From positions 1 through 64,000 of IMG/VR virus record IMGVR_UViG_2773857766_000004: a stretch of 64,000 nt of DNA, one strand, 5' to 3'. Both the position numbers and the translations under genes were made by a program. This DNA comes from a virus (lineage: Duplodnaviria > Caudoviricetes). Of the stretch, positions 1 through 9,300 are shown one piece after another. The notes beneath the pieces were generated by a model. It was not told where the DNA came from. It worked only from the letters and a program-made list of their open reading frames with translations, and made no database searches. How positions within the stretch are numbered: the first letter of the stretch is position 1; each line of letters begins with the position of its first letter.

Positions 1-495
1 TCATTGCGCAAGGGTCCAGCCCTTCCAGCTCTTGGCGCGTCCGCCCTTGATGTTGAGGATGCCGGCCGTCGCGTTGCACCATTCCCCGCCCGTTCCCCTC
101 TTGCCGCCCGTCCGCTTCCAAACGACGTCAGCTTCGGCGAACAGCGCTGAATGGGAGCGCACGAAATCGTAGAGGTTGCGCACCTGGTGGCGCTCGCCGC
201 TGGGCGACACCAGCACCCAGTCCAGCGCATGGACGTTGTCCGGGCCACGCCCGGCTGCAGGTGACTGCTTGGCCGCCGCAGTGGCGGCCGGCTGGGTGCG
301 AGCAGACTGTGCCCTGCGCTCGGGCCGTCGGTTGATGGCGGCAACGTCGGGCCTCGTCCACGTGGGCGAAGCCATTGGCACGCCGTGCTGAGTGCGGCGC
401 TTCGCAACCGTGTGGACTGAAGCGCCGACCTCCGCGGCAAGAGCCGCATTGGGCTTCGCCCAGTCCAGAGCCGCCCAATCAGCGAGCTTGCGCAT
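1..495 (-). CDS. Hypothetical protein, probable DNA-binding (N-terminal HTH-like segment, C-terminal KGW motif)
   Basis: ORF track; NAALAAEVGASVHTVAKRR resembles an HTH; last gene of a 3-gene overlapping operon. Confidence 0.6.
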   Translation of the reverse strand: MRKLADWAALDWAKPNAALAAEVGASVHTVAKRRTQHGVPMASPTWTRPDVAAINRRPERRAQSARTQPAATAAAKQSPAAGRGPDNVHALDWVLVSPSGERHQVRNLYDFVRSHSALFAEADVVWKRTGGKRGTGGEWCNATAGILNIKGGRAKSWKGWTLAQ

Positions 496-706
496 CCAGG
501 GCCGCCTGCGCCTTGCGCTGGTTGAGCGTGGACACGACCCCGGCCCGCATCATCACCAGAATGCCTGTAGCTTTGACCCGCGCCAGCGCGCCGATCTCGT
601 CTCCACGCTGGACCGTGCCCAGCATCTCCCAGCCGGGCACGGCGGCGTGCTGGTACAGGTGCCACGGGCCGCCCGGCGTGATGGTCAGCTTCGCCAGATT
701 GCTCAC
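479..706 (-). CDS. Hypothetical phage protein (75 aa)
   Basis: GTG at 706 after AAGGAG, overlapping the upstream stop; in frame with ORF 479..835. Confidence 0.6.
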   Translation of the reverse strand: MSNLAKLTITPGGPWHLYQHAAVPGWEMLGTVQRGDEIGALARVKATGILVMMRAGVVSTLNQRKAQAALDAQAR

Positions 707-1014
707 CAGACGCACTCCTTGGTGTCCACGTTGTAGTAGTCGCCGTCGCCCCAGGTGGCTTCGAGGAAGGTTTCGATGTCGCCGCGCTCCAGCAGCGCCA
801 CAGTGTCGTTCTTCGTGGCATCGGCCGTCACCCACTCCGGCTCAACGCCAGCCAGCTTCGCAGCTGCAAGGCTGTGGTGGCCATCCAGGACCACACGAAT
901 GACCTGGCCGTCGAACTCGAATTCGGGGGAGACGCTTACCTCGAAATCTTGGGCCGCGAGCTTGGCGGCCACGATGTCGTCGTCGAGGAAATGTTGGCTG
1001 GAGATGGTCTGCAT
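703..1014 (-). CDS. Small ParB/Srx-like N-terminal domain protein
   Basis: VVLDGHHSLAAA resembles the ParB DG(H)HR box; ATG at 1014 after AGGAAAG. Confidence 0.6.
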   Translation of the reverse strand: MQTISSQHFLDDDIVAAKLAAQDFEVSVSPEFEFDGQVIRVVLDGHHSLAAAKLAGVEPEWVTADATKNDTVALLERGDIETFLEATWGDGDYYNVDTKECVW

Positions 1015-1082
1015 TTTTTTTCTTTCCTGCCCCCTCATACGGGGAGGCGCCGGTGGCGACCACTGCGATCACCATGAGCGAA

Positions 1083-1111
1083 ATATTAGTCTCTATTTGA
1101 GACTATCACAA
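1083..1111 (-). promoter_or_regulatory. Sigma70-like promoter with operator palindrome in the spacer
   Basis: Minus strand TTGTGA-17bp-TAATAT; inverted repeat TAGTCTC-N5-GAGACTA at 1087..1105. Confidence 0.6.
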
Positions 1112-1114
1112 GCA

Positions 1115-1384
1115 CTATTTTTCGATCGGTGCCCGGCACGCCTCCAGCGCCACCAGCAGTTGCCCCTCGTACCCCTCGCGCCGCTCGATCTCCGCCATGG
1201 CGGCGCGCACGAAGTCGTCCACCGACACCCCGGTCCGCAACGCCTCCGTGGGCATGACCGGCCGGGCCGGCACCGGCTCGCGGCACTCGACGGGCACGGG
1301 CACCCTCACCTTTACGGTCTCCACGCGCGGCGCGCCCGCGCAGCCGGTCAGCAGGACCGCCAGCATCAAGACGGCCGCCCTCAT
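1115..1384 (-). CDS. o-spanin (Rz1-like lipoprotein)
   Basis: Lipobox LTGC, Pro-rich, last gene of the lysis cassette. Confidence 0.75.
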   Translation of the reverse strand: MRAAVLMLAVLLTGCAGAPRVETVKVRVPVPVECREPVPARPVMPTEALRTGVSVDDFVRAAMAEIERREGYEGQLLVALEACRAPIEK

Positions 1385-1746
1385 GGCCGCGCCCTCCCCT
1401 GCAGCCAGGTGTCCACCCGGTGCTGTGCGCTGGCGCAGGCATCCCCAGGCACCGCCGGCGGCGCGGCCAGGATTGCGTCTGCCCGCTGGTTGTGGGCCAA
1501 GGCCCGGGCGCCGGCGGCGCGGCGCGCGGTCTCAGCTTCCTGCGTGCGCTTGTCGGCCAGCGTGCGCAGCTCGCCTACCGCGGTGCTGCAGGCCTCGGCC
1601 GCACCGCGCACGCCCGCCAGTTCTTGGCCCTTGGCGGACACCGCAGCGCGCGCCTCGGTCGCATCGTCGCGCTCGCCAAGGTATGCCCAGCCGAGCAGCC
1701 CATTGGCCGCCAGGCTGACCAGCAGGACGATTTGCCCGGGCGTCAT
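1381..1746 (-). CDS. i-spanin (Rz-like)
   Basis: N-terminal TM, Ala-rich coiled coil, C-terminal Cys; ATGA-coupled to the lipoprotein gene. Confidence 0.75.
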   Translation of the reverse strand: MTPGQIVLLVSLAANGLLGWAYLGERDDATEARAAVSAKGQELAGVRGAAEACSTAVGELRTLADKRTQEAETARRAAGARALAHNQRADAILAAPPAVPGDACASAQHRVDTWLQGRARP

Positions 1747-1964
1747 GGCTGCCCCCCTGCGCACGCGGCGTACATGCGGACGATGGTCTGCGTGTGCATG
1801 CGGCGCTCCAGGCCGGATGCCCCGGCGCGCAGCTCGGGCAGCGGCGGGCAGTCACGGCGCGCCACCGCGGGCGCGGCCGGCTCTGCCTGGGCGGCCTGCG
1901 GCTCAGGCGGCGCGGTGCTACAGCCGGCCAGCAGCAGGGCCGCGATGATTGGGGTGCGGATCAT
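1743..1964 (-). CDS. Small lipoprotein in lysis cassette
   Basis: Lipobox LAGC, Pro-rich, ATGA overlaps on both sides. Confidence 0.65.
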   Translation of the reverse strand: MIRTPIIAALLLAGCSTAPPEPQAAQAEPAAPAVARRDCPPLPELRAGASGLERRMHTQTIVRMYAACAGGQP

Positions 1965-2374
1965 CGGGGGGACTCCTTGCGGAGGCGCTCGTTGGCGCGC
2001 TGGATGGTGGCGTTGATGGCCTTGCGCTCGTGCTCGGGCACCGCAGGCGGGACGCCCGCGGCCTTGGCCGCTTTGCCGGCCGTGGCCGCAGCTGCTTGCG
2101 CGGTTTCTGCGGCCGTGGCCGCTGTGTCGGCTGCCGCGGCCAGGGTGTCCGCCGCACGCTCCTGCCGGCCGGCGATGATGTCCAGGGCTCGCTGGTGGGT
2201 GCGCTGCAGGCGGTCGATCTCCTGCAACCGGTCCTGCCGCTCGTCCACCAGCAGCACCCGCGCGCGTTCCGTGCCGATCCCGTAGCCGATCCCCGCCCCG
2301 CCGCCCACCAGGACGATCAGGATGGCCAGGGCCTTGATGGTGTCGCGCACCGTGTCCATGTCAGGTTTTCGCAT
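1961..2374 (-). CDS. Membrane-anchored coiled-coil protein in lysis cassette
   Basis: TM segment ALAILIVLVGGGAGIGYGIG followed by an Ala-rich helix. Confidence 0.7.
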   Translation of the reverse strand: MRKPDMDTVRDTIKALAILIVLVGGGAGIGYGIGTERARVLLVDERQDRLQEIDRLQRTHQRALDIIAGRQERAADTLAAAADTAATAAETAQAAAATAGKAAKAAGVPPAVPEHERKAINATIQRANERLRKESPR

Positions 2375-2744
2375 CGACTTGCTCCCGCAGTTGGGTGACC
2401 TGGGTGGTCAGTTCAGCGATTCGGGCCAGCGCCTCTTCGAGTTGCTGCTGGACGGCTGCCAGGCGCCCCTCCATCCGTCCGAGGTTCTGCAGCGCTTCGT
2501 TCCGCTCCTTCGCGAACCCATCGGCGCGCGTCTCGGCGTCGGCGGCGCGCTTGATCGCGTCTTCGAGCAGCTTCTGATAGACGCCGAGCGCGGTGATCTG
2601 GCCGGCGTCGCTGGCCCGCTGCGCTGCTGCGCCGCTCAGGTACTGGCGCAGGTACATCCCGGCTGCCGCGATGGTCCCAAGCGTGCCGCCAACGACCGTC
2701 CACCAGCCGCCGGGCAATGCATTCACTTCTGGCATCGGCATCAC
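2361..2744 (-). CDS. Putative holin-like protein (1 TM plus coiled coil)
   Basis: N-terminal TM; directly downstream of the endolysin candidate. Confidence 0.55.
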   Translation of the reverse strand: MMPMPEVNALPGGWWTVVGGTLGTIAAAGMYLRQYLSGAAAQRASDAGQITALGVYQKLLEDAIKRAADAETRADGFAKERNEALQNLGRMEGRLAAVQQQLEEALARIAELTTQVTQLREQVDAKT

Positions 2745-3157
2745 TCCAGCGCCAGACGCACGGCCTGGTCGATCAGGTCGGCGGGGTAAGGCTGCTGGCC
2801 GTTTTCGTGCTGCACGATGGCCTCGACAAGCAGCGCGAGCACGTCCGGGTGCTCGATGTTGAGCTCGTCACGGACTGCCACATCCATGGCGCGCGCCACG
2901 GCCTGGGCATACGCGCCGGTGTCGTTTTCGACGCTCGGCGCCCAGCGCCCGATGATCGACTCCACCGTGTTGAGCCCGCGCTTGCGGTAGTACGAGAGCA
3001 GCACCTTGGCCAGGGCCCGGAGGCCCCACACAGGCGCCGAGAAAACGACGAAACGGGGGTCGCCGCTCTGATCCTCTGCCATGCCTTGCCAGCGGTCGGA
3101 GGTGCGGTCGATGTTGCCCGGGTTGTTGTTGCGGATCCCGCGAGGGGTGGTGGTCAT
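2741..3157 (-). CDS. Putative endolysin, PRGIRNNNPGNI family (often annotated structural protein P5)
   Basis: RGIRNNNPGNI and IIGRWAPSVENDTGAY motifs; first gene of the lysis cassette. Confidence 0.7.
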   Translation of the reverse strand: MTTTPRGIRNNNPGNIDRTSDRWQGMAEDQSGDPRFVVFSAPVWGLRALAKVLLSYYRKRGLNTVESIIGRWAPSVENDTGAYAQAVARAMDVAVRDELNIEHPDVLALLVEAIVQHENGQQPYPADLIDQAVRLALE

Positions 3158-3174
3158 GAAGATCCTTTGAACGC

Positions 3175-3198
3175 AAAAAAGCCCGCACGCGGCGGGCT
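3175..3198 (-). terminator. Intrinsic terminator between tail and lysis genes
   Basis: AGCCCGCCGCGTGCGGGCTTTTTT on the minus strand. Confidence 0.7.
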
Positions 3199-3220
3199 GT
3201 GGTGGGGTGGTGCAACGAGG

Positions 3221-3850
3221 TCAGGTCGGCCAGCCGGCGGCCTCGTCGATCGCCTCGATCTGCTCGATGTCTGCGGCGGTCCAGGCCAGTTCCTCCAGCC
3301 GTTGGCGCGTGCCCGACAGCGCGCCGTGCACGGATCGGTAGGCCATGTCCAGCGCCACGATCCTTCGCGCCAGCTCGGCGCGGTCCAGGCCGCGCGCCGC
3401 GGCAGCAGCATCGATCCACGGGGTTGCCGCCGCGTCATCTGCCTGCAGGGCTCGGGCCTCTCGGGTCTGCACCGGCCAGCTCTCTCGCTCGGCGCTCGGA
3501 TAGCTGGCCGAGATCGCCGCGGTGCGCCGCTCGTATTCGGAGTTGATCGCCGCGATCTTCATGCCGCGTGCGCGCTGCACGTCGCGGGCTGCTTCTCGCT
3601 CTCGCGCTTCGATTTCTTCGGCCGTGAGCGGCACCACCGCCCAGGTCTGGCGCCACACGCCACCCACCTCCAGCGGTGGCAGCTCCACCGTGCGCTCCGC
3701 CGCCGCGTCATGGGCGGGCTGGGCGGTGGCCTCGACGAGCAGATACCCGTCGGGCGCCGAGAACGGCACCGGGAAAGAGCATTCCGGGTGTCGCGCGATC
3801 ACGTCTTGCTCGGTCAGCGGATACGCCCCCGTCTCGATGTGCAAATACAT
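3221..3850 (-). CDS. Tail fibre assembly/chaperone-like protein
   Basis: Start MYLHIETGAYP at 3850; YPSAERESWPVQTREA motif typical of Tfa/DUF4376-like proteins; follows the fibre genes. Confidence 0.7.
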   Translation of the reverse strand: MYLHIETGAYPLTEQDVIARHPECSFPVPFSAPDGYLLVEATAQPAHDAAAERTVELPPLEVGGVWRQTWAVVPLTAEEIEAREREAARDVQRARGMKIAAINSEYERRTAAISASYPSAERESWPVQTREARALQADDAAATPWIDAAAAARGLDRAELARRIVALDMAYRSVHGALSGTRQRLEELAWTAADIEQIEAIDEAAGWPT

Positions 3851-4527
3851 CACATGTCTCCTGCGTTGTTGGGATAGGAGCGGCCTCCGCCCCACATGAT
3901 TCGCACGGCGCCAGCACCCTGGCGCAGCACTGACCCGGACGGGACAAATACCGTGATCGTGACGGCCTGGCCAGGGACCACAGCCACGTTGTTTTTCCAC
4001 GCGAGCGCGCCGCCTCTCGACCCATTGCTGGTGCTGGTAGGGCCGCCGTTGCCACCACCGTAGGAGCCTCCGAATACGCCACTGGAATCGCTGCCCGGCG
4101 TGCTTCCCGTGCCCTTGAGGCCGACGCCCTTGCCTCCGTAGCCATACGCCCCGCCCGCGCCTCCTCCGCCAGACCCGGCGCCTGCGGCGTTTGGCCAAGT
4201 TGCACCGTTGCCGCCGTCCCCCGTGTAGCCACCAGCACCGCCCCCGCCCCCGGCCAACGGGTCCGCGCCGGGCGTCCCCGTATCCACCCACCCGCCTCCT
4301 GCGCCACCATTCCCGCCTCCGTCGCCGATCCGATCGAAGTTGAGCGCGCGGCAGACGATCACGCCACCGACGACAACCTGGGTGGCGTTGCCGAAGCCGC
4401 CCGTCTCCACGCAGACCATAGAGATCGACTCCACCCCCGGAGGAACGATCCAGGTGGCCGAGGCGAGAAACTCCACCTGGCCAGGTGCTGCGTTGCCCGC
4501 GAACATGAGTTGCTCGATGTCGATCAT
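3850..4527 (-). CDS. Glycine-rich tail fibre/adhesin protein
   Basis: TWIVPPGVESISMVCV, Gly-rich repeats, GAVRIMWG; ATG at 4527 coupled to the upstream stop. Confidence 0.75.
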   Translation of the reverse strand: MIDIEQLMFAGNAAPGQVEFLASATWIVPPGVESISMVCVETGGFGNATQVVVGGVIVCRALNFDRIGDGGGNGGAGGGWVDTGTPGADPLAGGGGGAGGYTGDGGNGATWPNAAGAGSGGGGAGGAYGYGGKGVGLKGTGSTPGSDSSGVFGGSYGGGNGGPTSTSNGSRGGALAWKNNVAVVPGQAVTITVFVPSGSVLRQGAGAVRIMWGGGRSYPNNAGDM

Positions 4528-5441
4528 GGCTGGTAATTGCTCAGTGCGGCGCCGCGCCAGGTCGTACCGCCGTTGCGCGTTGTGAACATGAAAAGGTGCA
4601 CCCGTCCCGTGGTGAGCGACGGTGCGACATTGGCCGGCCACTTGACCGACGCGGGCCAGGTGATAACGCCTCCCCGGTGGTCCACCTCCAGGGCGAATGA
4701 GCCGCGCACACCAGACGCCGGTGGGTTGACGAAGCTGAACGCGGCGTTGCCGAAGATGGTCTGGAAAAAATAATTGGAGTGGTTGCAATCGACCACAAGG
4801 TCGCCCATCTCCAGCGCGTTGCCGCGCAGAGCGCCGGTGTACGAGACGATGCCTGCGAAGGACGGCGACACCTTGGGCGCCAGGGTAGGCAAGTCCGAGC
4901 CCGAGAGCGTCACGGCGCCAGAGCGGCCGTTGACCGACGACACGCCGGCGACCGCGGAGATGCCATCCACCCATGCGCTACCGCTCCATGTCATCACTTT
5001 GTTGGTGCTGGTGTTGTAGTACACCGCGCCGGCCTGCAGGGCTGCCCCCTGGTTGTCGGTGGTCGGCGCGGAGGCCTTGGCCCCAAGGTATCGTTTGTCC
5101 ACCTGCAGCGCCGATGCGCTGGCCGCCGTGGCCGATGCGCTCGCGTTGCCTGCCTGGGTGATGGCCGTGTCGCGCGCAGCCTCGGCGCCAGCGCGCGCGG
5201 CGGCAGCGTTGGTCGCCTGCGTGCCGGCCGTGGTCGCGGAGCCCGCGGCCGCCGTCGCTCGCTCCTGTGCAGCCGTAGCGTTCTGGAACACGTTGGCGGC
5301 CACCGCATTGATCTGCGGCACCATATTGACCTGCGCCGCCACGGTGGCAAAGCCCTTGCTGTTGAAGTCCGCCGGTGTGTCGGTCGGCAGCGGCGCCGGG
5401 GGCAGCGCGTCGATTGCTGGCGGGGATGTGATGTTGGTCAT
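4524..5441 (-). CDS. Tail fibre protein
   Basis: Ala-rich stalk, VSSVNGRSGAVTL, C-terminal ITWPASVKWP domain. Confidence 0.8.
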   Translation of the reverse strand: MTNITSPPAIDALPPAPLPTDTPADFNSKGFATVAAQVNMVPQINAVAANVFQNATAAQERATAAAGSATTAGTQATNAAAARAGAEAARDTAITQAGNASASATAASASALQVDKRYLGAKASAPTTDNQGAALQAGAVYYNTSTNKVMTWSGSAWVDGISAVAGVSSVNGRSGAVTLSGSDLPTLAPKVSPSFAGIVSYTGALRGNALEMGDLVVDCNHSNYFFQTIFGNAAFSFVNPPASGVRGSFALEVDHRGGVITWPASVKWPANVAPSLTTGRVHLFMFTTRNGGTTWRGAALSNYQP

Positions 5442-6349
5442 GTGAGCCCTTCCAGCTCCAGCTCGGAGTCCGAGTAGTCGTAGTAGGAAATCACGATGTC
5501 GAACGACTTGTAGAAGCCGTACACCGTGGTTGATGCGTAGCGCTCGGAGCCCACCCACAGGCAGGGCGTGGCGCGAACCTCAGCCAGGAAGTCGTTGAAG
5601 GAATCCACCTCCGCGGCCGTGAGCAGCAGAGAGAAGCTCGCGCGCTTTGCGAAAGCCCTCTCCACCACCACCACGTCGCCGAACTCAGTGCGTTCCTTGC
5701 GGCTGTAGTCCTGGATGCCCACCCGCGCGCCGGCCTTAACGCCCAGCCCGAAAGTGCGCACTTGGCCAAGCAGCAGCACGCCCACCGCGAGCGTCGCGCC
5801 GCCCATGATGTCTACGAGCACATCTGCGCCCGGGAAGCTCGGCAGATCCATCTGGACAGACTGCGTGGGCATGCGCCGCTCGCCGAAGAACCACTGCCAC
5901 CACCCGGCCGCCACAGGCTGGCGAGAGAGGTCCACCGTCTTGTCGTACACCGTGCCGTAGGCCGGATCGATCACGCGCACGCGCATGCTCGTGGTCCCGG
6001 AGAGGTTCAGGACCGCGAGCGACGTGATCGCCTGACCTGGGCGCAGCCGATACTGGATGCTGGAGGCCTGTGCCGTTTGCGAGCTCACCGACCTGTCGAA
6101 GACCTTCCAGCGGTTGGTCGCGCCGACCTCGGCCCAGAAACCCAAGGTGGTGGTGGGATCCTTGCCGACGTTGCCGTCCTGAGCGCTCTGGTACACCTTG
6201 TGAGTGCCCAGGTGGATGACACGGGCGCCCACCGCGTAGGTGGTGCCCGAGGCCCAGGCGGGATAGTCGGCCTCGGGCACGTTGGTGCTCACGAGCATGG
6301 CCGGGGTGACGGCGATCGGCCGCACCACGGTCAGGGACTTGATGCTCAT
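5438..6349 (-). CDS. Minor tail protein with CBM-like WASGTTYAVG module
   Basis: ATG at 6349 overlaps the tape measure stop; located between TMP and fibres. Confidence 0.75.
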   Translation of the reverse strand: MSIKSLTVVRPIAVTPAMLVSTNVPEADYPAWASGTTYAVGARVIHLGTHKVYQSAQDGNVGKDPTTTLGFWAEVGATNRWKVFDRSVSSQTAQASSIQYRLRPGQAITSLAVLNLSGTTSMRVRVIDPAYGTVYDKTVDLSRQPVAAGWWQWFFGERRMPTQSVQMDLPSFPGADVLVDIMGGATLAVGVLLLGQVRTFGLGVKAGARVGIQDYSRKERTEFGDVVVVERAFAKRASFSLLLTAAEVDSFNDFLAEVRATPCLWVGSERYASTTVYGFYKSFDIVISYYDYSDSELELEGLT

Positions 6350-9300
6350 GCGGTTTGCTCCTCTCGTTGCGGCGGCGTGCCGTCTCCGTCCCATCGCTCC
6401 AGCACTTTCGCGATGCGCGCGTTCAGCCGCAGGATCTCGCCTGCCTGCTGCCGGTTCTCGGCCACCAGCTGCGCCACCAGGCCCTCCAACCGTTCCGACC
6501 GACCGCTCTGCTGGCCCGCGTCGATCGCGGCCATCAGGGCGCGGTTGTCGGCGGCCGGGATGATCCGCTCGCCCTTGTGGACGATGGCCGGCGTGTCGTA
6601 TGGCACGTAGTTCGTGCCCACCGCAAACGCCGGCACGCCCACGCTGGCTGCAGCCTTGACCCAGTCCGAGTAGAAGTACCCGCTGAGGATCGAAAGATCG
6701 TCCAGCGTGCCTCCCGCGCTCCGAATCGCGGTGAGCAACCCGATCAGGTCGCCCGTACCGTCGAAGGAGTGGTACAGGCCCGAGAGCCCGTCCAGCTTGG
6801 CGATCAGCGCCTGATCGATGACCGGCTCGTACCCGATCCCCGCCGTGCCCAGATAGCTCACCCGCCGGTACTTGGCCTCGGGCTGCGCAGGAGCGGTAAC
6901 CGTTCCCGGGTTTGACCCGCCCCACACCGCCCCGGACCCACCGCCCTGCGGCGGCTTCGTCGTGGTCGGCTTTCCCAGCGCGGTTGCCAGCTTGTCGATG
7001 GCACTTGCAACGCTCACCGTTGCATCGAAGGTCCCGTTCGCGATGTCGATCTGCCGGCGCCAGTAATCCAGCATCTCCTGCTGGGCCTTGAGCTGCCGGT
7101 TGATCGTCTCGGTCTGCAGGTCCAGCGCCTTGCCCTGGTCCTCCAGCAGCTTGATTTGCTGCTCCGCTGCGGTCTTCTGCCTGCCGCTGATGCTCTCCAG
7201 GCCGGACAGCATGCCGGCGAGGACCAGACGGTCCCGGTCCTGCTCGAACTGCGTTGCATAAGCCCGCGAGTCCAGCCCGCCGCGGGCGGCCCCAATGGCC
7301 TCCTGCAGTGGCGCCTGGTCAGGCAGGTAGCTGGTGCGTCGCGCCGTCTCCAGCGCGCGCTCCACGAACGCCCAGCCCGCCGCGGCCTGCATGGACGCGG
7401 TGCTCTCCACCTGCCCGTACAACTCGCGCGCATTGCTGCGCACCAGATCGAACACGCCGGTGATGAGGGACAGCGACTCGTCCGCCAGTGCGCGCTGCTG
7501 GCCCAATGCCGTGCGCTGCGCGTCGATGGCCTGGATCTGTGCATTCAGCCGCTCGCTCTCCAGCGTGGCGGCGTTCTGCAGGCGCCCGTAGGCCTTCTCG
7601 CGGTCCTGCCTGAGCTGGGCCGCAGCCGATGCCGCGTCCTCGAGGTCGTAGATGCGCTGCACCAGCTTTGCCAGCTCGGGATCGAGCTTCATCAACGCAG
7701 CGACTTCCTGGCTACGGCGCAGGGCCAGGGCCTCGCGGTCCTTGCCTTGCGCCGTGAGCAGCCGCTGGTACAGATCCACGCGTTTGTCCGCGACCACGGT
7801 CGCGTCCTCCAGATCGTAGATCTGCTGCACCAACCTGGCCAGCGCCGGGTCCAGCTGCATGAGCGCGTCGCGCTCCTGCTTGCGGCGCATCTCGATCACC
7901 GCGCGGTCATTGCCCTGGGCAGCCAGCAGCCGCTCCTCGAGCCCGCGGCGCGTGTCCGCCGAGATTGCCACCTGGTCAAACGCCCCAGCCAGCTGGATCA
8001 GCACGGCATAGGCCTTGCGGCCGGCCTCCGTGTTGAGGTCCTGGGCTTCCACCAGCTTTCGGTACTGCGCGCGGGCGTCGTCGGCGTTGATGTCCGGCAG
8101 CTTGATGTCCACCGTTGCGAGCTGCTTCTCGATCTGCTTGCGGGCCTCGGCGCGCTGTTCCCCCGCACCGTAGAACCGCTGGAAGTAGTCGGCGCTGGCC
8201 GCGGTGAATTTGTCCACCCCACCGAACAGCTCCACCAGCTTGTCCGCCATGTCCCCGCCCTGCAGGCTCGCGGCGTACATGCTGTGGCCGAGGGTCTCGA
8301 ACACGCCATTGGTCGCAGCGAGGCTGGTGGCCAGCCGCGTGATCGTGTCGAGCGAGCTCTCGCCCGCCTTCTGCAGCTTCTTGAAGGCCTCGAGATTCGC
8401 CTGGGCGACCGGATCCACCGGCGCCGCGGCGGCCGCATCGGAGTTCGGCCAGGACAGGTTCTTCCGATCGCTCGCTGCTTCCTGAATGGTGGTGGGCAGC
8501 CCCAGGATCAGGTCGGCCATGCTGATGCCGAGCTTCTCGAACTCCTCCTGCAGCTTTTTCTGCGCGTCCTCCGGGCTCAGGCCCTGCAGGCTGACCTTGA
8601 TCCGCGCGGTGAACTTGTCGAGCGCCTCGCCGCCCAGGCCGAGCACCTTGCCCATCTCCTTGATGGAGGTCTTCATGGCGCTGAACTGGTCCGCCAGGCC
8701 CTTGCGCACCTCCTCATCGAGCTCGCCGTACTTGGTCTTGCTGGACCGAAAAAGCCCACCCTTGTAGTACTGGTAGCTGCGCCCCTCGAAGCCCGCCTCG
8801 CCGCCGAATGTGCCCTCGATGCCGGTGTCCTTGAGCTTGCGCCCGAAGAGCCGATTCACGGCGCCCGAGATGAGCCCAGCGATGGGGCCTACACCCGGGA
8901 TCATCGATGCGATGGCACCGATGGTGTTGACGTACTTGTTGACCTGATAGCCGCCGCTCACCAGCTTGGAGATGCCATAGCCGCTGAATCCGTTGAGCAC
9001 GGATCCTGCGATGGCGCCCGCGAAGTTCGCGCCGCCGGCCTCAAACGCACCTCTGAATGCAGCCCATGACGATGTGTTCATCATGCCCGCGCCGAACTGG
9101 CCCAGCATTTCTTGCATGGCCTCGCTGCCGTAGCGTGCGAGCAAGTCGGAATTCACGATTCTGCTGCCCACGCTGCTCGCGACATTGAAACCGCTGGTGA
9201 CGAAGTTGTAGGCGCTCAGCCCCGCCTGGGCAGCACCTCCGGCGCCGTTCCCGCCGCCAAGGAGAGCGTTCGTGGCGCCGGAGATGACACCCGCCACCGG

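Noticed and set aside
3221-5441. Diversity-generating retroelement or invertible tail-fibre switch
   Set aside because: No reverse transcriptase, invertase, TR/VR pair or flanking inverted repeats seen near either fibre locus.
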